The notes under the pieces were generated by a model, which worked only from the letters and a program-made list of their open reading frames with translations, did no database searches and was not told where the DNA came from. The position numbers and the translations under genes were made by a program. A stretch of 64,000 bases of DNA. Source: Squalus acanthias. Lineage: Eukaryota. The stretch lies in contig CM059431.1 of assembly GCA_030390025.1 (NCBI GenBank), positions 109,990,001-110,054,000 of the forward strand, given 5' to 3'. This document shows, one piece after another, positions 26,016 through 38,000 of this stretch (its first letter is position 1; each line of letters begins with the position of its first letter).

Positions 26016-29000
26016 GAATGTACACGTTTCAAATTGAAAATATCAAAATGGTTTTGGAGAAAAAGAAATGGCAATCTTGAAATAATTGCCAATGCTAAAA
26101 ATATGAGTTATTCAAAGTAAAGACTGCTATTCATAATTACTTCAAATCACAAATATAGCCAATCAACTTGCTTTTGTGCCCCTTGTAAACTGTCTTGTAA
26201 CTGAATCACAGGCCCGGATTTTGCGTTGAGAATAATGGTGAGGCGAACAGCGCCCACCGTTATTATGGTGTAAATCAGACAACAACTTCCAGAGTACACA
26301 TCTGCGCAGTTAAATGTGGAAATCCGAAAGTTGCTGTCCAAGTTACCCTGCTCCTCCACAGGCTGCACTGTAACAGTATTTCACTGATAGACTTGGCATT
26401 GAAATCCATGTAAGGGCGTGAAGTTGTGGTACTTACTCACTAGAAAAAGTTAGGGCTGGTGCATTCAGGTGTAAGTGAATTTTTAACAGCATAAGTCATA
26501 ATTACTGCCAAACAACCTCTCAGGCACTGAAAATTTAATTTTACAAGTGTGGAGTCTCATTCCTTCAGAATTTAATTAGTGTTGGAGATATTTTTTGAAA
26601 CTTTTTCTGTCTGTCTCTTACCTCTCTCTTAATCCCATCTTTCTTTCCCAATCTTTATTTCGCTTTCTGTACATGATTTAAATCTAATTTATACTTCCTG
26701 GTCTAAACTCTGCGTGTCTCAGTGAGGATTCTTCAATCTGATTGGTTAAAGAGTGACGCTGTTGCTTGTCCTGCTCAAACACGCCACAGTTCCCCTGTAG
26801 AGGGTGCAACGCTGGATCAGACGCCCTTTGACAGCAAGTCTACGCTCAAAAGCCTGCAAAAACTCTGTGGGCAGCTGTCAGCGAGGTGAAGGGCAAGCGT
26901 CGTTCCTTCGCCGCTGGCCGCAAAATCCAGGCCATAGGGTTTCTCTCCTAAACCAGTTGAAACTATCTATAATGTTGCCTTTTTAAATTCAGCTATATTA
27001 TTCAATTTTTTTCTCTCCTCTTACACCCAAATCAACTTGGGGACGAGGTAGAAAAGAGAAGGTTAATGCGGACAGACATTCTACAATTCAACTGGTTAGC
27101 CAAGATTGGGAGGGCAATAAAGTTAATGAATTATATATATTGCCCATCATATTCCCCAATAATCAATTACAAATTGTTTTAATAAACTTGCAATAATTAC
27201 ACTACCATTGTTGATCCTTTGTTAAGGACGTCATCAGGCACTAATAGCAGTTAGTTGTCTGCAATAGCTGTTGTGAGCTTGAAACAAAAACTGAAAAAAA
27301 ACCACTAGTACACATCTTATTTAAAATGACATGCCCTGGAGTAACGTATTATAATCTTCAAACTCAGATGATGGTTATAAACTGCTCGAGTTTTGTTCTC
27401 AAGTTTTATATTGTCTGAAACATTTATGTTTGTAATCCTTCCCAGGTAAACTAAACAAGCAAGTTTAACTGATATACTTACATTGGGATAGCGAGAATTT
27501 CTAGGCCAACCATCAATTACAACAATTATTCTCTGCTTCTCAAGTGCAGAGGACTGTCGCGTTTCTATTCGAATCCTAGGAATCCTGCGGTCTGCCGGTG
27601 TGAACAAGTGTTTTGTTGACTTGAAATGCAGATAAAAATACAGGTAGTACAGATACAAATTTCCATTTATGAATCATTTATTACATTATTTAAAGCAAAT
27701 AGCCAATTCCAACTACAAGCCCACCTCTTTAATTTGTGACTTTGAAATCATGCCACAGTATGATCTCCAGTTCCTTTTAATTACCCCAACTACTTTACCA
27801 GTTGGCTTTGAAAATTTCTTGGTCGTAACATTCTTCAGCTTAAAGAGAAAATAAAAATGTTAAAACAGCACGTTATCAACTTTTATAAATGCATCCTTGA
27901 TCTGAACAATTTAATAACAGTTGAATCAAATTTTCCAATTTTAATTTTTTTCATGCATAACAATTTTTAATACAGATAAACTCTTTCTTGAATTTAAGTA
28001 TACAAAAGCATGCCACTTACACTATGTGAATAAAAAGCCATAACATAAAATAATGTACAGAAGCCATGTGGTGAGGGGACAGATTACAAGCATTTAAATC
28101 TGATCTTGCTAATTAAAAAGTAATCAGTATTATTCGCACAAATCACATGGCAATTGCTTTGTAGTTAATGGCAACATACAGCCAAATATAATACCCTGCA
28201 GCCCCTTTCTCCCACATCTTTTAAGTCTCATTATTATGTAGCTTTGCATCTACAAAATCAATCCTTTGACATTTTAAAGGTGCATACTCTCACTCCCCCA
28301 CCCCTCCCAATCTGTAGTGGTCAGCAAGATAATTGCTGCCGTTCCATGACGATTATGATTTATTTATTTTACTTTCAGATATTGGAATGGAAGGTTTGGT
28401 GAAATTAATTTATCTTTATTACTGTGATGTCCACATTCCAACCTGTATAGTGAGTGATTTTATTTTTGACAATTTATGAAAGCACTGCAGTAAATGCACA
28501 CAGCATTCGATCTCTTACCAGGCCTTCTTTCTCATCCTCTTCATCATCCTCAACTTGTCCTTCATCCTGAAGTACAACAGCTGATGGTGACACCCACATC
28601 TCTTTGGGCAGCAATTCCACTGCTACTACATCCTCATGTACAGCTCGATTGAGATTCTTCAGCCCCTGTATAAGGATCTGTCAAATCACACAATAAATCC
28701 AATCTTAATTTGTATTAACCAAGTTTCTGAAAATTACTTTTTACAATTCCCAATTAATTTATGGGGACAAAAAAAAATCCAGTACTTAAATTTAGAAAGG
28801 AAGTATGCAATGCATTAGCCATCTATTTAATGTTATTGCAGTGTTGATATTACATACCATGGTCTTCATTGAAGCAGAGGAAAGCCATGGGGGAGTACTT
28901 ACAGTACGAAGTACACCTTCACATATATTATTGACAAAACTAGTGGAGATGTTCATTGTGTGTCAAAGAATGGAGCATTTTATAATATAGGGCCACTAAG

Positions 29001-32000
29001 ACCTGCCATCAACTTCCTCTCCTACTCACAGCAGAGTTCATACTCTCCTCTCTGCAACAGGGATTCTCTCTGAGTCACTGCTTGCAATTCCGCCGCACTC
29101 GACAGGGCACTTTTTCCCCATCAATTGAATTCTGTTCTCCACTCCATAAGATTCTTTCTCACTCATTCTCTCACCAATCACAACAGGATATCTAACCGCC
29201 CTTTTCACCTCTGCTTAAAACTCTCGTTTTTCTCCCTCTCCTACTCAAATGCATCTTTCTCCCTTGCTCCCATCTGCCTCGCTCTCTTTCTCCCCTGCCC
29301 CCCACCCCCCCCCCCCACCAGAACAGGGTGTTTCAGACTCTGCCCCGTCCCTCACCTCAATTACACCTCACTCACTCCCACCTTCGATCTGTCTCTCTCT
29401 TTCTCTCTACCCCTCCTCATTACCCTCCCTCTTTACCCTGCAACAATTACTGTCTCTCATGTACTCCTGCCCAGTTCCCTGGCAGTGCTGTTCAAACAGA
29501 AGTCCGTTTATTTATTGCACATAGCACTTTTCTTAACACTGGCTTCTTTGCTTATTTCTTTCACCCTCTCCTTCTTCATTTTCCCCCTGTTCCATTACTT
29601 CTGTTCACATTTCCTTTTCCTCCCTTTTTTTCTTACGTTTCACTATTTGTTTCTGCAGCACTTTCTACATCCACACTGTCGCATGGGGACACTGCAGGGG
29701 AAGAAATGGACCATGGAATAGGGACATCAAGAGGTGCAGGCCACAGTAGCCCCGTTAGGCGATGCTCTTAGGTATTGTAATCCTGGGCGTCAAGGTTAGT
29801 TGGCAGGCAAATGCCATCAGATGCGCTCATGTGCATGCTATGGGTGGGAGAGGAGGTGAAGAGATGGTCAGGCAATGGCTCCAGAGTTGCTTTGCTAAAA
29901 AAAGCTGGCTCCTGAGAATTACAGTTCACGGATTCGGACAGACAAATTAAATATAAAATTGAGCCCTATCAGAGTCTATCGTGCTACTTGTGCAGTGGGG
30001 AGGAGCAGTTGAGGGAGTTAAGTTTAAGTTGTGATTTAATTTTTTTAATCCATTTATGTGACACAGGTTTATTTTGGGATGGGCGAGGAACTGTCATAGA
30101 GCTGTATCTAAGAACCTCTCGCTGGAATATGCATGATGAAAAAACACGTCTGGAAGGGCAAATAACAAAAGTATAATTAAAGTAGAAAATTAATAATCAG
30201 AAAGGAGTACTTTACCAATGAGGATGGTCATGATAAACATAAGACAAGAAATATTATAAAGATAATACACATTGAAGAACATATCTCCTGCCTTGCAGGA
30301 GCCATACAACAACAACAACTTGTATTTATATAGCGCCTTTAACGTAATAAAACGTCCCAAGGCACTTCACAGGAGTATTATAAGACAAAAATTTGACACT
30401 GAGCCACATAAGGAGAAATTAGAGCAGAGGACCTAAAGCTTGGTCAAAGAGGTAGGTTTTAAGGAGGGTCTTAAAGGAGGAAAGAGAGGTAGAGAGGCGG
30501 AGAGGTTTAGGCAGGGAATTCCAGAGCTTAGGGCCTAGGCGACAGAAGGCACGGCCACCAATGGTTGGGCAATTATAATCAGGGATGCTCAAGAGGGCGG
30601 AATCAGAGGAGCACAGCTATCTCAGGGGGTTGTAGGGCTGGAGGAGGTTACAGAGATAGTGAGGGGCGAGTCCATGGAGGGATTTGAAAACAAGGATGAG
30701 AATTTTAAAATTGAGGCGTTGCTTAACCGGGAGCCAATGTAGGTCAGCGAGCACAGGGGTGATGGGTGAACGGGACTTGGTGCGAGTTAGGACACAGGCA
30801 GCAGAGTTTTGGATGACCTCAAGTTTACGTAGGGTAAAACGGGGAGGCCAGCCAGGAGTCTTCCAAAATTCTATAGACTCTGGAACAGTTCCCATGGATT
30901 GGAGGGTAGCTAATGTAACCCCACTATTTAAAAAAGCTGGTAGAGAGAAAACAGGGAATTAAGCCTGACATCGGTAGTGGGGAAAATGCTAGAGTCCATT
31001 ATAAAAGATGTAATAGCAGAGCACTTGGAAAACAATGACAGGATCGGACAAAGTCAACATGGATTTACAAAAGGGAAATCATGCTTGACTAATCTACTGG
31101 AATTTTTTGAGGATGTAACTGGTAGAATAGATAAGGGAGAACCAGTGGATGTGGTGTATTTGGACTTTCAGAAGGCTTTCGATAAGGTCTCGCATAAGAG
31201 ATTAGCGTGCAAAGTTAAAGCACATGGGATTGGGAGTAAGGTTCTGACTTGGACAGAGAACTGGTTGGCAGACAGGAAGCAAAGAGTTGGAATAAACAGG
31301 TCTTTTTCCGAGTGGCAGGCAGTGACTAGTGGGGTACCGCAGGGATCGGTGCTAGGACCCCAGTTATTCACAATATATATTAATGATCTAGACGAGGGAA
31401 CTAGATGTAATATCTCTAAGTTTGCAGACGACACAAAGCTGGGTGGGCGTGTGTGCTGTGAGGAGGATGCAGAGAAACTCCAGTATGATTTGGACAGGTT
31501 GGGTGATTGGGCAGATGCATGGCAGATGCAGTATAATGTGGATAAATGCGAGGTTATCCACTTTGGTGGCAAAAACAGGAAGACAGATTATTATCTGAAC
31601 GGCAATAGATTGGGAAAAGGGGAAGTGCAACGAGACCTGGGTGTCCTTGTGCACCAGTCGCTGAAGGTAAGCATGCAGGTGCAGCAGGCGGTTAAGAAGG
31701 CAAATGGTATGTTGGCCTTCATAGCGAGAGGATTCGAGTACAGGAGCAAGGATGTCTTGCTGCAGTTGTACAGGGCCTTGGTGAGACCACACCTTGAGTA
31801 TTGTGTGCAGTTTTGGTTGCCTTATCTGAGGAAGGATGTTCTTGCCATGGAGGGAGTGCAGCGAAGATTCACCAGACTGATACCTGGAATGGCAGGATTC
31901 ACCAGACTGATACCTGGGATGGCAGGAATGACGTATGAAGAGAGATTGAGTCGATTGGGCTTGTATTCGCTAGAGTTTAGAAGAATGAGAGGGAATCTCA

Positions 32001-35000
32001 TTGAAACTTATAAAATTCTAACAGGACTAGACAGACTAGATGCAGGAAGGATGTTCCCGATGGCGGGGGAGTCCAGAACCAGGGGTCACAGTCTAAGGAT
32101 AAGGGGTAAGCCATTTAGGACTGAGATGAGGAGGAATTTCTTCACCCAGAGAGTGGTGAACCTGTGGAATTCTCTACCACACAAGGCAGTTGAGGCCAAT
32201 TCATTAAATATATTCAAGAAGGAATTAGATATATTTCTTAAGGCTAAAGGGATCAAGGGATATGGGGAGAAAGCAGGGACAGGGTACTGAATTTGGATGA
32301 TCAGCCATGATCTCATAAAATGGCGGAACAGGCTCGAGGGGCCGAATGGCCTACTCCTGCTCCAACTTCTATGTTTCTATGAGTGCGTTGCAATAGTCAA
32401 GTCTAGAGTTAACAAAGGCATCAATTTCATGACTTATGTCCCTTGCCATTTCAGATCTTTGCTCATACTAAGCAACACTTTGATGGCATATGTTACAGGA
32501 GTGGAAGTCAATTCAAAGATGACTGAGGCTGTTAAAGTTACTATTGGCTGAGTGCCAAGTAGTCACCAGCTAGTATTAAATGCTAAAGCACCAACTTCTG
32601 TGGAGGTGATTGGAGCCGCTCCTGAGTGCATACTTCTGCCCCTTTTCCATACATCTTTGTGAATGTATGTGGGATGGAAAATTATTCAAGATCAAACACA
32701 TATGCTCGATGTTCTCACTCATACTGTGGCAACTGCACTCCAAGAGATTCTTTTTTCAAATGAGTGCCTGGATAGTGATCATTGGTAAACTGTAGAAGCT
32801 AACAGCTCTGAGGCTGATTGCACACATGCACACCCACACCCATCGACCCGTAACGTTAACTCTGTTTCTCTCTCCTCGATGCTGCCTGACCTGCTGAGTG
32901 TTTCCAGCATTTTCTGTTGTTATTTCAGATTTCCAGCATCCGCAGTACTTTGCTATTGAAACAGAATTACCTCTTTGTTTTCTCCTTCTTCCCCATGGGT
33001 CCAGACTGTGGCTTCCAGATAGTTGTCTCTGTTGGCTCGGAAGGTCCCTTGGAAGTAATGACCAGACTTTATACCTTGCTGTACTCTGGATAGAGGCAGA
33101 TGTTCTGCGAAGATCAGCCTACCACACTCGATTTCATTCTACAATGGAACAAAATTTTAGTTTTGATTATATTATGCATACCAGTAAACTGTACTTGAGC
33201 AAAACAACTTTGAATTTGTATATCTGCATAGGCCACATTTCATGTTAGATGATATTTCTACCATTTCCTACTGCAATTGAGAAAATTTGAGTCCACATCC
33301 TTTTATTCTGTAGTGCAGCACAATGTAGTACCAATCTATAACAAACTGTTCTGATAAATTCATTGCTGGCAACTGCTTCTAACAGTGTAGTGGATATGCA
33401 CCCCTCTAAGTCCTGACTTGGACATACATCACCATTGGATCAATATCTTAAAATTCTCAGACTTAACGCCATTGTGGGAGCACTGTCGCCACAAGGACTG
33501 CAGTAATTCAAGGGAAAGGCCCATCAACACCTTCTCAGGGCATGTAGGGATGGGCAAAAGATGCGGCCTTGGCAGCTCACCAATGTCTGAAGAACAATTT
33601 GTTTTTGTAAATGGAGATGACGATACCAACTAGATATTATAACGTTTTTACTGTATTGCCAAGAGCAATTTTCATTAGAAAATAATCTGTGAGGGCCAAG
33701 TACAAAAAATGAAAATCATAGACAACCATGAATGGGATGGTTGACCTTTGTGTTGTTTTAACTTTCTTATATTCTTCTCTATTATTAGGATTATATACAC
33801 AAGGTAACAGCTACTGTGCTGATTAAATGCAGATTCTGTCCTTGCATTTCAATCAGCGATCAGTGCATCAATGTAAAATAAGGGACATACGGCCATGTAT
33901 GCAAGACTGCATACCAATTAAGATTTGTGTTGAGAGAGAGTTTGGCAAGAACAAACACATAATAATTTGCAACCTAATCACAGTTATTTGCACTGCTTGC
34001 AAAATTGACACCGTCACTATAATTTTCCTTTGTACCTGAATAAAATACAAGACAAGACAAAATAAAACTTTAAAAACTCTCCCCCAAACCCCTCCATAGA
34101 GCAAAATCTGAGAATGGTACTTACAGATGCATCTGAAATACAAGCCAGGCGATCAACAAGTTCAGGATTTCCAGCCAAACTCTTGATATATTCATCGCCT
34201 AAGAGCAAGGGGGAGAAATGGTCATTACTGAACAGGGCAAAATCAGAAACCACTCCAATGGAGGAATAGTATGTGCAGTTATAACATGAATGAAGATAAC
34301 TAAACATATCAGCTAAGAACAGTATTGTAAAGTTGTGGCCTGATAAAGTATTCATGATTCAAGCACAAGTGCGTATGCTTTACAACAAACATTTATTCCA
34401 GTAATGCACAAGAATGACTGTTGTTCCATTTCTAAATTTCAGATTTTAGTACGGAATTGAAATCTTGCAATACATTTTCTAACACTGGCTTCAGGATGTT
34501 TTAAAATGGGGTCTGAACGAGTTGGCTTTGCTCCTGTTGAATGAAAACCGAACGCCCAAAGGTTATTAGTTATTTAAAGCTGCTACATTTACCCTTGCTA
34601 AACTCAATTTCAGCTGCTAATTCTACAATTATTCATTGTTGCTTAGATTTTACATCTCATCGTGTTTACGTTAAAATTGACTGCATTTTGGGATTGAAGC
34701 GTTGCGTGATTTCTGTTATTTCTATAACTACATTGCTTTCATATGAAGCAGCTCATATAGTTAGTTTGGAAAATGTACTTTTAGAATGAAAATTGTGCAA
34801 AAGAAAGTTTTACTAATACGCGCAGATCTGCCACTGCATTGCTGACGGGAAGTGAGGATGAGCAGGTGCTACACCGGGGTGGGCAAAATACGGCCTGCAT
34901 CCGGCCCGCCAGTTCATTCTATCCAGCCCGCTGGAGCTCGAGCTGCACATTTGTCTCATTCTTGAGAGGGCAGGGGGGTGCCCCCAGGAGAGCGCCCCCA

Positions 35001-38000
35001 GGAGAGCTCGTTCAGGGTTACTGCGGCCTGGGAGTAGGCTGTGACCCTGAACCGGGGCAATTAATAAAAATAAAGCTGCCGGGACTGCTGCTATAGATCT
35101 GCTGCAGATCTGCTTCCCTTTTGTTTCTCGGAGCAGGCCTAAAGGCTGTCTGCGGCTCTCTCCCGCTCTGGCTCCGTCAGCCACTTTTCAAAAACCCGCC
35201 AAATCCGCCACTCATCGCTGGCTGGTGGGGGCGCTGCTGCGCGTGCGCACTGGACGCTCCTCCTCCGTCCAGTCATGGCTGCTCATCTCGAAGACTTTGA
35301 ATTTTAATCGAAGAAAGAGACTGGTGCTGCATCTTTCCTCTCCAAAACAGTCAAGGATTTACATAGGGGCAGAAATTCGGGTCTCCACGGGTGAGTACGC
35401 GCTGTGTACTCACCCGTAGGGCCACCGGAAGTGCCGGTTTCGCACATGCACTGCGCATGCACAGGAAACCGGAACTGCCGGTCTCGTGAAAGAAGGGGTT
35501 CGAGGGTCAACCTCGTGCGCCGGAGAGGCAGCGCGCACGCAGCGAACTTCCGGTTTTTTTTCAGGTTTCTCCGTGAGGGTAAGTACGGAGAAGCTGCGCA
35601 GGAAAAAAGGAGGCGCAAGGCCTGCTTTTAACAAGGTAAGTGGTGAATTAAGTACAATTTAAACATTTTTTCAACAGGTTTATCTTTTTTACATACTTTA
35701 AAGAAAGGTAAGTTTATTTTTAGCACCGTTAAAAAGTGTAATTAATTTTTTTTTAAATTTAAATTTTTGTTTAAAATAGTTAATTTATGTAATTTATAGT
35801 TACTTTAAAAATGTGATGTTTTTTTAAAAAATTATTTGAAGTTTTAAGTGAGGTTTTGGGGCCGATCTCTATTCATAGATTTGACAGGTCTTCCTGTCAA
35901 AATCTATGAATGGAGATTCTCTGCTCCGATTGGCTCTCCATGGCCCACGTGATCCCAGGGGATGCTTCGAACTAACTGCGCCCCTGGGATACGCAAGCAC
36001 TGCGCGCCGGCAGCTGCAGGAAGTCCAGGAGCCGAAGTCCACGCGGGCCCGAAGCACAACGGCAGGCGCGGTAGGTAAGTACGCGCGCGATCCTTGCACC
36101 CGCGGGAAGCCGGAGAGCCGAATTTCTGGCCCTATATGTATATACAATCCTCTTGACAAATCAATCCAATGAAATAGTAAACTGCAAAAAATTCTACATG
36201 CTACATAGGCTGCACAAAAAAACCTTGCATCATATCTGCACGAATCAGCCAGTCTTTAAACACTACAAATGGAAGGCAATAATTGGTATATGTGAGTAAT
36301 CAGTTCTTTTTCAAATATGAATAAGATTACATTTTATGGCCAGTTTAAGTTTTAAATAGTATCATGTAAACCTACAAATGAGACACAGTCAGAATCACTA
36401 GGACATTCATCCTGCCACATATAATGCTAGTTCTATTACATGCTGGAGATTTTAAAATGCATCATTGTAGGAATACATTTTCAAACAATATTATTTTCCA
36501 ATATCACTAATTACATATACAATACTATACAGATAGCAAAAAGAAGGGTTTGCTTCACTCCCAGTACCCAGAGTACGACGGCAGGGGAGTGCTCATTGTT
36601 GTCTTAGACAAGGGAGTGGATCCCGGAGCACAAGGACTCCAGGTAATGGCACGCGATTGTAGCTCCGGCCTTGCAAAGCCTCGAGCTCACGTACACCTCT
36701 CGCGTTGACAGCCCTGCAGACTCGATCAATTGATAAATCATTTCATTCATTTAATAACGGGAGAATTTACTATTTTACCCTACATTTTGTGTATTTAAGA
36801 TAGTATCTAACTACTATCTGAATTTGTTTATGCAATGTTCCCTCTAATTTTTTTTCCATGCGCGATCCCTTTAAATTTGCATGCGCAGTATCTCTTCCAG
36901 CGGTCGGAGCTGGTGAGCGGCCTCCGCGGGACCGCGCACCTTGGGGGGAACATTTGTGCGCGGCCCTCAACAGCTCACCAAAACTTGAGAAGTGGCCTCC
37001 AGCCCAAATAATAGCCCATCCCCGATCTACACCACATGGTGGTGACAGGACACTGTTCAGATTTATTGGAAATCATATTAAAGTGCCACCTAGTGGCATA
37101 AATGAGAAGTCGCACAACACCAGGTTATAGTCCAACAGTTTTATTTGAAATCACGAGCTTTCGGAGCGCTGCTCCTTCGTCAGGTAAAGTCCTCCGCTCC
37201 GAAAGCTCGTGATTTCAAATAAAACTGTTGGACTATAACCTGGTGTTGTGCGACTTCTCATTTTTGTCCACCCCAGTCCAACACCGGCATCTCCGCATCA
37301 TGACCTAGTGGCATGACGGGGTCGTGATAGATAAGTGTGGACATTTCTGCACTGGAGTTTCCAAAGGATCCGTTGAGTTTTCAATGGCATGCGCACTCCA
37401 CGCAGGCATTTTAATACAAAGATTTCACTGTGCACTCTTGAATACTGCTCATAGCAAATATAACTGTGACAAACCCGCTTACTTCACTAGTGACTCGAGA
37501 TACAACAGAAGATTTGATACAAAAAACATGAAAAAAACTGTCACAAGCATCAATATTGTTTGCTACAAGTGATTAATTACTACCCCTAACCCTTCATGTC
37601 CTGATAGCAGTGACACATGCTGGGATAGAGTTCCACGAGTACCAAGAGCCCGATGGACCATTCTTCACACCTGGGCCTAGACAGCGCATGTCAGCACACT
37701 ATTTGACCATGAGAGACAGATGTCCCTAATAGGAATAAATGACTTAGCTCTGTAGGACTTAGTACTACACCAAATGGTGTATTTACTTATTGAACCATTA
37801 CAGGAGCTTCAAAAGGACTCAACTGTTAAATCAACTATCCTAACTCGATCATATATTTGTCAATTACTGACATCTGGAGTATATCTAAGCAATGTTCCCC
37901 CTATTTTTTTTTGGGTGCACAGCCCACGTTAAGGGGCTGCGCGGCCCATTCACAATTTCTCACATGCGCAAAATTTAACACTGAAAAAGCCTATCCCGGG

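Noticed and set aside
29125..29771. 198-aa and 147-aa ORFs
   Set aside because: Pyrimidine-rich low-complexity sequence with no recognisable protein.
30977..32290. 437-aa ORF as a domesticated gene
   Set aside because: Standard CR1 ORF2 C-terminus with 3'UTR, tail and TSD; lacks the endonuclease region.
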